DNA of 64,000 nt from Octopus vulgaris (taxonomy: Eukaryota): NCBI GenBank assembly GCA_951406725.2, contig OX597817.1, positions 3,224,001-3,288,000 of the forward strand, given 5' to 3'. Position 1 is the stretch's first letter. Each line of letters starts with the position of its first letter. The position numbers were made by a program, and so were the translations under genes. Below the pieces are notes generated by a model. That model was not told where the DNA came from. It saw only the letters and a program-made list of their open reading frames with translations, and searched no databases. Positions 1 to 15,289 of this stretch are shown one piece after another.

Positions 1-158
1 ATAAATATATATATATCATCAACATAATATATATACATATATACACACACACATACATCCATACACAAATGCACAAATATATACATATGCATATATATAT
101 ATATATATATATATAACACACACATATATATATATACACACATATATATATACATACA

Positions 159-222
<64 letters not shown>

Positions 223-223
223 C

Positions 224-256
<33 letters not shown>

Positions 257-260
257 TTTA
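1..260. repeat. Compound TA/CA microsatellite
   Basis: Direct reading. Similar tracts at 3703-3990, 6840-7140, 13855-14010, 14395-14560 and 26470-26725. Confidence 0.95.
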
Positions 261-850
261 AATATATAAGTACATAAATGTGTTTATATATTTGTGTAAA
301 TGTATAAATGAATGGTTGGTATTAAGGAAGGCATCCAGTTGTAACCATCCACCTATACCAGATTGGTGGTTTTATATATATTTATGTATATATATATGTA
401 TATGTATGTGTATATAGATATATATATGTGGGTGTGGGCGTGTCTATGTATCTAAATTGTGTACAAAAATATGTATGTGTATGGTGAATACCTTAGACTA
501 TGAAAACGGTGATCGAAGTTTGAGTCTAAGTAGAAGTTCAACCAATTTTCACTCTATAGGTGCAGGTACGACTGTTATCTTAAAAAGATTACTTCATAAC
601 CATGCAGCTTCAGGTTCAGTGCTGTTGCATGGCACTTTGAGCAGGTATTGTGTTCTATAAGTTCAGGCTGACCAATGCCTTAGGGAGTGGAATTAATAGG
701 TAGAAACTAAAATTATGTATAAATGTGTGTGTGTGTGTGTGTGTGTGGTTGTGTGCATACATTCTTTTATTCCTTTTCTTTTCTTTTATTTGTTTCAGCC
801 ATTTGACTGCGACCAAACTGGAGCACCACCTTCAGGCGAACAAATCGACC

Positions 851-900
<50 letters not shown>

Positions 901-3872
901 AGCACACACACATCATCAATATCCTTAGCATAGTTTTAATTAACATACTTTTCCAGGCTGTCATTGATTAAAAGAAAAAAAAAACTATGTTTAGGCAGAG
1001 ATTTCTGTGGCTAAATGTCCTTCCAGTTGCCACACCTCACCTGTTTCTAAGCAACAAATTCCCCAGTTCGTTAAGCATCAAACAGCTTAGGCACGCCTCT
1101 GCAGAGGACTGCAATAAAGTGACAATGTATTCTATGAATGGAAAGATTTTTGTCACTGGACAGCCTGTAATATGGGAAGATATATCAAGAAACTCATACA
1201 CATCCATCATGGTCTGCAAGTAAATATAACAGTCTCTGTTTGAATGGGAAGACTTTTTGTTTACAATCCTTACACACAAGTGAAGACAAAGAATAATACA
1301 AATCCCCTAACATTCACACACACACACACATCTACGTATGTATGTATCTATCAAAATTCGTGTGTGTGTGTGTTTGTATGTGTGTGAGTGTGTATGAAAC
1401 AATTGGTTATGAAATTATAAAATACTTATGTAAGCATGTTATAGACAGTAATCAAGCAGAGCTCAGAGAAAATCAAATCTTAAACTTTAACTGCTTCAAG
1501 TTGAAGTCATCCAGATATAGAAGGTTGGTTTGAAGAACAATCAACATTGAACGGATATTGAAGTAGAAAGACTGACAGACAATACCAGGCATAAGGAATG
1601 TATTTGTATGAAAAGTTGAAAACAATTTACATGATGTTATCAAGTCTTATGTCTACAGCTGTTTCTGATAATTGATTACTGCTTGATATAGCAATATCTA
1701 ATATGCAAAGACGTCCAATATTGAGGGGTATTTTCAGTATACATGGAAATAAAGAAAAAGTACCAATAAGCACAGATTTTGGTTACTCCATGCAACAAAG
1801 CCATGATTTCATCAGAACTGAGCAAATTGCTTTGGGAAGATAGTGTTTATAAAAATAAATAATTTCTATAAATTAAAATGAGAGAGAGAGAGATGTAGAG
1901 CTATATAGATATAAAGATAGAGAGGGATGAGAAGAGTACGAGAGGTTGAGTAGCTGAAGGGGAGTCAGTTATTATAAGATGTCTATTATTGGCCCAAGAT
2001 GTAAGCAATGGCTATAAATTTAAGAGTGAAGAAAATAGGGGTCAAGCAAACTATTTCCAAAAGAACCTCATTAATTATAGCAGATTGGGGATAGGTACAA
2101 AAAAAAAATAATTATAGCAGATTGGGGACAGGTACAAAAAAAATAAAGAGACACTATCAGGGTGTGTGTGTATATATATGCACACATACACACCCATATA
2201 TATTTGAGTATGTGTGTTCTTTGTGCTTTTCTGTATGTTTGTTTGCATCTGCACTTCTTTGAAAAATCCCTCAGCTACAAGCAGTGACATTGCAGTTATT
2301 ACCCAGTCAACAAACTCGCTGTCAATATATCATCTGATGTCTTCACTTCTTTGAAAACTTAGGAAACAAGACAGATTGGCAGGTGGGTAGACAGACATAC
2401 AGACAGATAGATAGATGTTGTAGTGATTATATCTTTATGCACAACTATTCATAGACTAGTGACACATTTTATGTATTTGAATGATCGAAGTAGCAAATAA
2501 TTAAGAACAAGATTAGTTCTAAAAATAACTAATCATTTGATATATCTTTTAATTTTCTACTTATTCCTATTCTGGAGAGCTTTTTTTTTTTATCTGTCTG
2601 TCTGTCTATCAATCAATAAATCAATCAATCAATCAAATCTAAACTATCTTTTAAATCTGAAGAAGATACATATATTTGCAATTGTAAGGTATTTAACTAA
2701 AATCATTAAAAAATAAGCAAATACATAGGAGAGTTAACTTACACTGGAAACCTAACTTTTAAAAGATTCTTGGTTATTTTAAGTATGCGTATGTGTGTGT
2801 TTGTTTGTACATGTGTACATATTCACTTATATATATATATATATATGTATATGCACCTGCATGTATACATGCCTTTGTGTATGTACGTCATTATTCAGTT
2901 TTATTTCAAGATTTCTTGCCAATAGAGCAAAAGCCAGTATCTAACCTAGATCCAAGACGCCTTCATTGAAATTTCAACATCAACACCAGGGTAATTTTGG
3001 CTGCATGTGAGTAGGCATATGTGCAGCTTTGTATGTTTTATGTTATGTATTTATTCTCATGCATATAGTTGCATATCTAGACATGCTCATATATATTTAA
3101 ATGATAAACTTCTGGAAAATTTTACAGATTTTTACAGTTCCAGTAATGGATTGTATCTGTCGTCTTTGAATTAGCTTTCTTCTTTCTGATTTTGAGGCGC
3201 CTAGTATTTAAGCAGTGTGTGTGTGTGTGTGTGCATGTATGTATGTATACATCAGCCCTTATTTTTGTCTTGGAGAGTATTTAAATATTTCTATTATATA
3301 ACCTATCTGTAGAAAACATCAAATATATTTGTATAAGTATGAAGAACATTATTCAGAATCTAATTTAAAGGATATACATTAAATAAATTTCAAATGATAA
3401 TTTGTCCTCAACTGAAAAACTTATGTAATCCTTACAAAATTATTTAAATTCTAATGTAACCATTGACTTTTTCATTCTTTTGTTGCTTATTATGTAACAA
3501 TTTAATGAATTATAGTTTTTTATTCAGCTTTTGTATAGAAAAATTTATAATAACTAAGGTATAACTTTAAACACATCATTTGTTATATAATTTACAACAT
3601 TATTAATAGTTTAGGCTATTTATAGTTGCAAATTTATAAAATAATCTTTGTAATTTGAAAAGAGAGCGAAGATAAAATATCAATGAAGTAACCTAACTAG
3701 ATTATATATATGCATGTGTGTGTGTGTGTGTATATATATGTACACATATATGCACACACATATATGTATGTATATATGTTCATATTACATATATATATAT
3801 ATATACAAATATATGCATAGCTCTGTATATATACATACATATATACATATATATATACAAATATATACATAG

Positions 3873-3933
<61 letters not shown>

Positions 3934-3994
3934 AGTGTATATATATATATATATATATCCATGCATGCACACGCACACACACACACTCATTCTT

Positions 3995-5860
3995 ACAAAC
4001 GAATCTGTGATAAGATTATGGTAAAAATTTCAGGTGTGGAAACAAAATTTGGAATCAAAGTTAACTTAGCAAAGACAAGTAGGAAAACAGACTTGACTCT
4101 GCTATCACCAGAATGCTGAAGAGTAGTCGGTAGAAATCAAATGCAAACTATGGACGCACACGTGTTTGTAATGGAATCATGGGCTTCTTAAAAAAACAAA
4201 GCAGACTTTGTATGTAGCAGCTGAGCAAAACTAATAATAATGAAGAGTCTATGAAAAATAGATGCTTTTAAATGCCCAGGTGGATACATAGAAGTAGTAA
4301 ATGGCTTATGTTACCTAGGCAGTGGTAGAGAATATTCTGAAAGTAGAGTAACGAGAGTAAGAAGAGGCTAGAGAGCTTCAATCTCTCAAGGTAATTAAAA
4401 GTTTCTCACAAACTCTGTGAAGCCTGTGTACAAACTTCAGTACAACCTAACAGTGAGACATGTGTCCAGGAAGTAGAAGACCGGCAAAGAACGGAGAAGG
4501 AATGAAGCAAGCATGCTCCAAGGAATGTACAAGATAGATGTACGTGAACAACAAGATACAAATGAATTGATAGAAAAACTGGGCATAAGAGAAATCAGAT
4601 GTGGTGCAAAAGAGAGAGGGTTGCATTAGTTTGGACATATATGTATGAATACAAATAAAAGATACAGATGAAAAAAGTGCTCACAGCTTACAGTAGACAG
4701 ACCCTGTGGAAAAGGGAGACGAAGAAAAATGTGGAATGGAGAGGTGAAGCCTGGTTTCATAAGATGTTGAGCTGCAGGGAAGAGATGACAAAAAACAAAG
4801 ACAATTGGCAATACTCTGTGCTTGGGAAGTTTGGCCCCCTATGCTAGCACAGTGTGACTGAGGCTCTAAACACATGATGTGTATGCATACAGCTGGGTAC
4901 CTTGTCTAATGTCTCTATCAAATCAACAACTGCTGTTTCTTTCCCACCACCCAGGCAACTAGGTTCCCCCTCCCCACAAGCCACTTTTAATTGACACCTG
5001 TTTGCCATTCTTATCATCATCACCCTTCATTCAAACTTACTATCAACCACTCCCATCCTTGTTTTATCTATTTTGCCCTCTCCTCCTATCTTGCAACTGC
5101 ACTTTTTATCTCCCTGACAGTCTCTCCACACCAACACACCCTATCTACTGTATTATTCTTCTGCTGTAAGTAATGAAACCAGAACCTCTTTGGATACCAT
5201 ATCATATCACCATTCTCACAGTCACCACTTACTCTCCGCTGAAATACTCCCAAATGACATCCATCCAACATTCAGATATATATATATCATCAACTACTTA
5301 CTGACCTCTCTTCTCCAATCATTACATACACACCCTATATAAATCTGATACTCCCATCTAATGTTTATATCTGTCCCTTTTTCTCTCCTTATGCTCTTGC
5401 AACCTTACATATCCCTGATTCTTTTGTCACCACATTTTCTTCAATTCACTTTGGACACATTTCCTCGAGGGTATGTCTTGTTACCTTATTACCACCCTGT
5501 TCACTTCTCTTTCTCAATCCCTTCCAGTCACACTTGTAAAATGCAAGGTAGTCATGAATCACTTCCACAACAATAAACCTTTCCCTGCACCTGCCACCAT
5601 ACTTCAATCTCTCTAATTGTTGCATTAAGTGCCAACCCTATTTCTTAGTTTCTTTCTCAGTTGAGGGTGCTTTCCAGTAGGAGAGATACAAGGTGACCTC
5701 ATCAGTGCACCCAGTGCATTCTGTAAAGTAGATGACCCTAAGAAGGGCATCCAGCTATAGAAACAATACAAAATCTGAGACATTGGAGTAAGCCATGTAC
5801 CTTAAATCAGATCCATTAAAAATGTCCAAACCATACTAGCATGGAAAGTAGATGTAAAGA
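3995..5860 (+). mobile_element. RTE LINE 3' fragment with pyrimidine-rich 3' UTR and terminal module
   Basis: KVNLAKT, FKCPGGYIEVVNGLCYLG, EKLGIREI..LHxFGH, similar to 15290-17720. A CT-rich tract follows (4930-5620), then the module aagaagggcatccagctatagaaac..ccatactagcatggaaagtagatgtaaa. Confidence 0.75.
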
Positions 5861-6896
5861 ATATGTTCATACCAATGTTTATAACTGTCCAAAAGAGGGT
5901 CCATGTATCAGAAAAGAGAGCAGATCTATTATAAATACTAGAATGGGTGTAATTTGAATACAGTTTTAAAAATTAAGAACCATATTTAGCAAAGCAAAGT
6001 TACTGCAAGTTTGTTTCTCTATGAAACTGTTCTGCTAACTTTGCATGCCTTTTTTCATTCATAGGGTGTGTGTATATATATATATATATATAAATATGAA
6101 CTTTAACTTATACAAGTTTTTCAGCTTGGTAAATAATGTATTAATAGGAAAGTAATCTTATCTTCCATAAGTTTTGCAAGAATATTACTTGGAGAAAAAT
6201 TTTATACTTCCTAGGATAAATATTTTATTATATAGCTCACTGGCAGAGATACACAAACTTTGATATCTGGCTTTTGTACCACAAGTGAAAGCAAAAGAAT
6301 TTGTGAGAAAAGCCTACCAACATTTTTTTTATATGCTTCACATCAAATGTTGGCTATAAGGATAGCCAATTCCATGTTTCATCAAACTACCATTTTCCAC
6401 AGTTTAAAATACATCACTGATTCCTCTGTTTCTAAAAGTTCAAGTTTAAGTTTATAAATAATCTTTTCTCTGTCTGAGATGATAATTATAGCTTAGATTA
6501 TATTACAATAATGATATTTGTTCTTTCAATCTGTTTCTATGTTTTGCTTTAATGTGAAGAATATTCCTAATTTTTTCCTCTCAACTATTAGTAATTTTAT
6601 TTATTTGAAAATAATTAAAGTTTATTTTCTAACATTAGTCTTCAATACGTGTATGATGTCAATGTCTTATAGTGTGTAATAATAGTTAAAGAAAATTTTT
6701 CTACATACAGTAAGAAGAATACGTTAACTACTGAATGTATCACAACTATTAAGTTAATGTTGAACAAAACTTCCAGGTATAACAGATACAAAAGTTGAAA
6801 ATGTTTGATATTTACTGACATAAACGTTTAGTGAAATATATAACATATATGTATGTATTCATGTATGTATTCATGTAAATATATGTGCACATACAT

Positions 6897-6928
<32 letters not shown>

Positions 6929-6941
6929 GTATGTATATGTT

Positions 6942-7000
<59 letters not shown>

Positions 7001-7003
7001 TAT

Positions 7004-7041
<38 letters not shown>

Positions 7042-7050
7042 ATGTTTATG

Positions 7051-7090
<40 letters not shown>

Positions 7091-7105
7091 TTGTATGTAT
7101 ATGTT

Positions 7106-7141
<36 letters not shown>

Positions 7142-7144
<3 letters not shown>

Positions 7145-8389
7145 GGGTTGGACAAAATAATGGAAACACCTAGCATCATAGCATCATAATTTTGAAATTT
7201 CTGTAAAACCGCCAAAAGTTTGTTTATTTTTGTGTTGTTTGATTTATTATTAGTGTTGCTTAATATGTTTTGCCTAAATTGCTGTTTCTTTTCAGATATC
7301 ATCAGAAAAAGGTTATTTAAAATTCATTAAAATGACAGATCTATCGGATTTTCAAAGAGGTCAAATTGTTTTTCGGGAAACAGCCAAAATGTCTGGTGTA
7401 TCAAGAAGTACTGTCTCGAAAGTAATGACAGCTTTTGAGAAAGAAGGGAAAACCTCCACATTGAAACAAAACTCCGGAAGAAAACCAAAGCTTTCAGATA
7501 GGGACCGTCGGACTCTTATGTGAATTGTTAGAAAGAATCACAAAAGTATAGCTCCCAAAATTACTGCAGAGCTTAATGACCACCTCGAGAACCCAGTTTA
7601 CACAAAAACTGTTCACCGGGAGCTGCACAAAGCCGGATTTCAAGGGAGGGTTGCAATCAGAAAACCACTACTTTCAAAACCAAATTTTGCAAAGCAATTA
7701 GAGTGGAGTAAAAGCCTCCAGAATTGGTCCCTAGAGCAGTGGAAGAATGTTATTTTCTTGGACGAGTCATCCTTTACCTTATTTCTGATCACTGGCCGAG
7801 TATACGTGTGGAGACAGCCAAATGAAGCATTTGACCCAGACTGCTTTCTTCCAACTGTTAAACATGGAGGAGGAGCTGTGATGATCTGGGGTGGGGTATA
7901 TCTTGGAAATCTGCCGGCCCAATGGACTCCCTTCATGGCAGAATTAATAGTCAAGACTATTTAAGCATTTTATCTGATCAAATTCATCCTATGGTTGTGG
8001 AACTGTTTCCTGAAGGAAACACAATCTTTCAGGATGATAATGCACCAATTCACACAGCTGAAGTTGTTACTGAATGGCACAAAGAACATTCTAGTGAAGT
8101 TGAACATCTTTTCTGGCCACCACAGTCCCCAGATCTCAATATTATTGAACATTTATGGTGCATTTTAGAAAAACAAGTAAGGAGTGGATATCCTCCACCA
8201 TCATCACTACAAGAACTGGAGACTATTTTAGCTGAAGAATGGACAAAAATTCCTTTGAAAAAAGTTCAAACTTTGTAAAAGTTCATACCTCATAGAATTC
8301 AAGCTGTAATTACTGCCAAAGGCAATCCTACCCCATATTAAAATAAATTTGTTTGAAATCTTAAGGTGTTTCCATTATTTTGTCCAACC

Positions 8390-8393
<4 letters not shown>
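7142..8393 (+). mobile_element. Tc1-like DNA transposon, 1252 bp, inactivated DD36E transposase (~7332-8341)
   Basis: 30-bp TIRs cagGggttggacaaaataatggaaacacct (7142-7171) and its reverse complement (8364-8393) with 1 mismatch, inserted in a (TA)n tract. Motifs DLSDFQRGQI, SGRKPKLSDRD, DESSF, PTVKHGGG, FQDDNAPIH, WPPQSPDLNIIEHLW. Premature stops at 7521 and 8276 and a frameshift near 7895. Confidence 0.95.
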
Positions 8394-8433
<40 letters not shown>

Positions 8434-10772
8434 ATATATATATTTATGTTATATACATTATACGAATATTACATTTTATTATGTCATATATCGCATATAT
8501 ATATTAGAATAGATATCATGTATGTGTATGTGCGCGCACGTATTATAAGGATATGACACATTCATTACAAACATTTGTCAACATCACATTTGTTGAAAGA
8601 CAAAATAATCAAAGACATTACAAATACAAATTGGCGGAAAGACATATTGGTAAGAAAACAAGTTGGTCAAAAGACATGTTGATTGGATGTATTGGTCAGT
8701 ATCAAAGACATATTCTTATAAAAACTGAGAAATACAGTTAAAATGAATGTCAACTACTTTTCTTGAAACATTTAACAAGAGCTTTAGTATAAGAAGCAAT
8801 ATATTTGAAACAAAATATATTTTCAATTATTCTGATATCATCTGTAATTTTATAAAAGAATAAATATAAAATAAACAAATTGAAACTTTAATCATATTGT
8901 TATTTAAAAGGATAAGAATATATTATTTTTCAGATGAAATATGTTTTAAATTTCTTTTTTATATGAGTGTATATTTGTAATGAATGGCATCAAATCTAGA
9001 ATAAATATCTGAAAGTTTTAGCATCTGTAGTGGTAACACTGCCATCCTCATCATTATCCTTTAGCATCTAGCTTCCATGAGGGTATGGAATGGACAGTTT
9101 ACATCATGCAACAATGTCTATTTTGGCATGACTTCTATGTTTAAATGTTCTTTCTAATGCTAACCACTTTACAATGTTAAGTGGATGCTTTTTCATGGCA
9201 CCACCACACAAGTGAAGGTTGCCTTGTAACTTGCAAGGGTCTAAATTGGCCCCAATAACTGAGGGTAGGTAGAAGAGAGAGGGTGCAGTGGTTCTAAGTA
9301 GGGAGAAGGGAGAGGGCAAATAAGATGAGAGGAAGAGATTGATAGTTGCATTTGGGTAATAGTAGAGAAAGTGACTGAGCAGTTGAGCAGGTACAGGGAA
9401 AGGTGAAGGGATTAGTGTCAGGGGCTACTGTGAAAAGAGGGGGACGGAGTGGCAATGTATTAGACAGGGCTATATAAGAGGTGTATAGTGCTATCCAACA
9501 TTAGGATGAGTATGGACGGAAAGTATGAAAGAACAGGGACAAGGGAGCGATGAACTACAGTGGAGAGGAAACCTGAGAGAGTCACTGAAAGAAAGAGAGG
9601 ATGTAGGGTAGGCTAGAGGGGAGAGGAAAAGATGCGAAGAGGTGTCGGACTGATGGGGAAGCTGTAGAGAGAGGATTGAGAGACAAAATGAATCAGAGGG
9701 TGAGGGAGCAGTAGGTGAATACTTAGAGACCAGTGGGGAAGAGAGATGTTGGCATGCACCATAGATGCAAGAGGAAGGGTAGGAGCAGATTGTGGATATT
9801 GCAAAAGTATATCAAGAGTGGGATGCAGTAGAGAGATTCCAAATGGAAAGGTGGTAGAGGGAGCTTGGCAAGAGAAGAGGATGGTGAGAAAGAATGGTGT
9901 GGTATAGGAAAAGAAAGGCTAGAGGGCATCCTAGAAGTGTAAAGGTGCATTGTGAAATAAAAAGGTAAGAGATGCTGGTTGGTAATCCAGAGTCAATTGC
10001 TAGAGTCCATTGAATTTTTCAAGCTACCTGGGAAAATATGTATTGGTTGGTAGTAATACAGAACCAGTATGGTAAATGAAGAAAGGGTAAGATATAAGAT
10101 GATGAGCTAAAGCAGGATTGGTAGGGAGCACACACACATACATATAAATATATATATATATATATATACAAACACATGTATATATGTTATTCTTAAACAC
10201 AATATTAATGACTTTGATATAAGCACATGATGTCAGGATCGACGATGGTAAATTTTATAGGAGAACCTAAAAGTACGTAACTCATTGCTTGTGTCAATTT
10301 TGTTCATTACCATACCATGCATCATACATCAGCTTATCAATAATTATCACCAGCATTAGCAAATACCTAGAACAATTCAATGGACTCTACTCTAGCAATT
10401 GACTCACGCTTAAGTAGTTGATGTCATTTAATTATTGTGTTTCAAGATTAATGACACCAATGATTTTCAGGCATAAGTAATTTGTACTTTTTGGTCATCA
10501 CTAATTAATCTGTTAATTTTGATTTCAATAAAACAAACTTCTAGATTTAAAAAATTTTGAAAATAAGACAAGTTGATTCAGTATTCTTTATTTTAGTGTT
10601 TTTTAATTATATATTTGAAAAAAGTTAAATATTTCAGTAATAGTCCTCCTATATTTGATTAATATGTCTTTGATCCATTTGTCTTTTGGCAACATGCTTT
10701 TGACCAATATGAATATGAGCAATGAATTTCTGGTGGATGTTCCTAAACCCACATGTATGGATCAAAATCTAC

Positions 10773-11508
<736 letters not shown>

Positions 11509-11741
11509 AGGTTAAAGTAGTTAGGAAAGGTAAACAATTAGGCTAGACATGACAAGGACATTCGATCTGTACGTACTGACTCAAAAGGAAGCTATCTTTA
11601 GTTGTTTTGAACAAGGCAATCACATAACCAAAACTTCAACTGCTGTTCAAACTGGAATTTTTGAGGCACACCTATTTGAGCACCCAGAATGCATGCCTAT
11701 CAGCTTGAGTCATTCTAACAAAAACTCCTCATAACCTCTAC

Positions 11742-11789
<48 letters not shown>

Positions 11790-13265
11790 TCATTTATGAA
11801 CTTTTTAAAGTTTCTGAGGTGAACATTAAAGATTAAAAATAACAGCACTATATGGACACAGCTGACTTATAAAGAGACACAAACAATATGTAACAATACT
11901 TTTGCAACAAAGAAATGAATACATAAAATACCTGTTAAACTGTTAATCATCTAATATGAAAAAAAAATGTACATAATATAACAAAATTTATGTGAATATA
12001 TATTAATGCATAAGTGACCTTAATTTTAAATTTTATTTAATTACTCTTAATTATTTGTGCAGTGATGTGTATCACTGAAATATTTGCTGTTTATTGGTAT
12101 TACTTGTAAAGAAAATAGAGATCTTCCAAAACAGGAAATTTCTCCTATTTATTTTATTTGACAATATAAATAACCAAACTTTGTCAATTACATCAATTTT
12201 TTCCCCCTTCTTTCCTCCCTGGAACTTGTTTAAAATCTACATAAATTGCTGATAATTTGCATCAATCAGAGGTAATTTATCAAACAGTTTTAGACTATTA
12301 ACATATAATTATATAATGATCATATCATTTTATATGCATCATGTATATAATTTTCAATTTCCACAATATTGTTTTTGTCATTTTAAAAGCTTTTCGACTG
12401 AACTAAATGTTATTTGTAGGTAACGACTGAGAAGAACAACATTCATTTTGATTTAAAATTTAACTCGTTAATCTTAAGATATCCTTTTGTTTACTAAAGG
12501 GAAACCCTTAATTTTGAATGAATAAACAATACATCTCTTCAATTATAAACAATGTGTGCTAGTATAAAATTACTCAATTCTTTAATTTAATCTATTTTAC
12601 AATGGTGTTTTCTTTAATTATTTTTCAAATGCAGGGAACCTACAGAGAGAAAAATTACCAGTAAAAGAGTATAAACACTTATTCTGATACACCTTATTTT
12701 TAATAGATTTCACTGTGTTTGCACACTGCATTTTATTCTTGTTTTTCACATTGAAAACTTCTTTCAATATATTTTTCTTACTCAAAGTTATTTTATAGCC
12801 TGGTGGATGTTTCATCCAGAGACTGTTAATAGGGCGGATTAGTGGAATTTTGGTGCAAAGATCATTAATAATACAGAAAAAGCATTATAATAAATTAATA
12901 TTTACTTTCAGGAAAAAGTAAATATTTGGCAGGAAATTTTCTTACATGGAAAAAAAAAAATCTTTGCAAGTCAAAGAATTTTATCTTATTGAGTTTACTC
13001 CATTTGGAATGAAAATAAATAAGGAATAATTCACAAATACTCTTATATGAGAAAATCTTTTTTGGGAATTCATTCTTTTCTTTTAACAATTTAATTCACA
13101 AACATGCACACCTTCAGGTTAGAGTAAGTTAACAGCTCTTTTGGATAAGTAGAAAATAATAACAAAATAAAATATAGAAAAACTGTTTTATTTTGAAATC
13201 AAAATAAAAACAAACAAAAATATTAGTTTCAATGAAGAGAAATTAAAACCTGTGTTTATCAACTG

Positions 13266-13314
<49 letters not shown>

Positions 13315-13649
13315 ATACAATATATATATATACTTATATATATGTATGTATATAGCTATATATATATATATATACATACATACAAACAAACTGAATGTGT
13401 AAGAAAAGAAAAACTTTCTCAGTCATAATTTGCATCAGCAGTTATCCATATTAAAGAATTATTCTAAGGAAAATAATGATTCTTACATAAATTGAAAATA
13501 AATAAATACTCAATATTAAGTAAATTAAATGAAAATAATCATTCATAAGAAATAAATTTTAAGCATTAATAATCATGTAACTAAAATTTCATAACAAGGA
13601 TAAAAAAAATGTAATAAACAGTACACTTAACTCTTCACTTAAAAAAAAA

Positions 13650-13694
<45 letters not shown>

Positions 13695-13969
13695 AGGTCA
13701 AATAGCCTGATAATGTTAGAAAACAAACAACTATCATAATGGTAATTATACTATTATGTTATGAAAATGAAAATGAGTGGCAACAAATTAAAAGCAACTG
13801 TATTATCAGTATAGTGATGATGATGATGAAAGTAACATAATGCCAATAAGAATATATATATATATACGCACATACATATGTATATATACATATATTCATA
13901 CAGACTACATATATGCTTGTATATAATATATACACATATATACAGGCATATATCTATGTATATATATTT

Positions 13970-14014
<45 letters not shown>

Positions 14015-14392
14015 ATTCATAAAATATTTTCAGGAAGAATTTTTTTTTTTCTTTTTTGAAGGACTCACTAAATAAAGTGAGAGAAATATGTAGGATCAAA
14101 ATAAATGAGCACCATTTTTTAAAAAATAATCTCCAAGAAAATACATATGATGCTTCATATGCTTATTATTAATTTACTTATCAATTTGGAAACAAAACTT
14201 TCATGAAATATTGAGCTGCACATCAACTTATCAACATTTATTTAAAAGAAAAACAATAAGAATTTAAGACTATATATATAGATATGTATGTATGTATGTA
14301 TATATATGTATGTATGTATTTAAGCATTTTACAGATATAGTGTTTTTTATACGCTAGCTACTGGTATAATCATTTTAATGATTATACCTTCA

Positions 14393-14429
<37 letters not shown>

Positions 14430-15289
14430 CACACATAAATACATGTATATTGTATATACATGCATGAACATACTCATACATATATAAACATACACATATA
14501 TATCATACATATATATATACACACACACATATATGCATACATATACACACATACTTATATATGATGCTGATGATAATGATGATGATATAGATAGCTATCA
14601 AGTAGTGCTGTGATAAATCTGAAATTTAAATTCTAACTTTTATATATTTGTTGACCAACTCAAAACTTTAGACTAGTGTTTTAATTGTGTTCTTGAAAAT
14701 AATGTTTACTTCCACATAAATGAGGGACTGCATTTCTTTTCAAATATACTTTAGAAGAAAAAAATCTGTTATGAGGAAAAAATACTGGAAATTGTATACA
14801 TAGCATTCTCCTTTTATGTAATAAGGGCTGCCTTTAACTAATGAAGGACTCTTTTTATAATGTATATTATTCAAGTAAACAATATACGTTCTCTAATTTC
14901 TTTTATTGGACTGAAGTCACAAATTTGTTGAGGGTATAACCAATTGAAACAATCCAGTACATTTCTGGTATTTATTTTTATCAACCCTTGTAGGGATGAA
15001 GGTCAAAGTTGACCATGGCAGGATTTGAACTCAGAATGTAGAGGGATTGAACTGAATACTGTAATGCACTTAGTCCAGAATTCTATCATATCTGCTCTTC
15101 TATTCTCAAAATCAATGTGAGCACATAAATATAGATTTTCTCTTTAAATATTGATAAACAAATAATCTTAACTGATTCAAAATATTTACTGAAATGCCAG
15201 TGGCTATATGAAAATGTATCTTATCAGAAAACATATAGCTATAAATATATGTCAACAAAGAAACACATATACAAATTCTTCTGGGTGAA

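Noticed and set aside
2072-2145. 37-bp tandem duplication taattatagcagattgggga.aggtacaaaaaaa
   Set aside because: Simple slippage duplication with no further structure.
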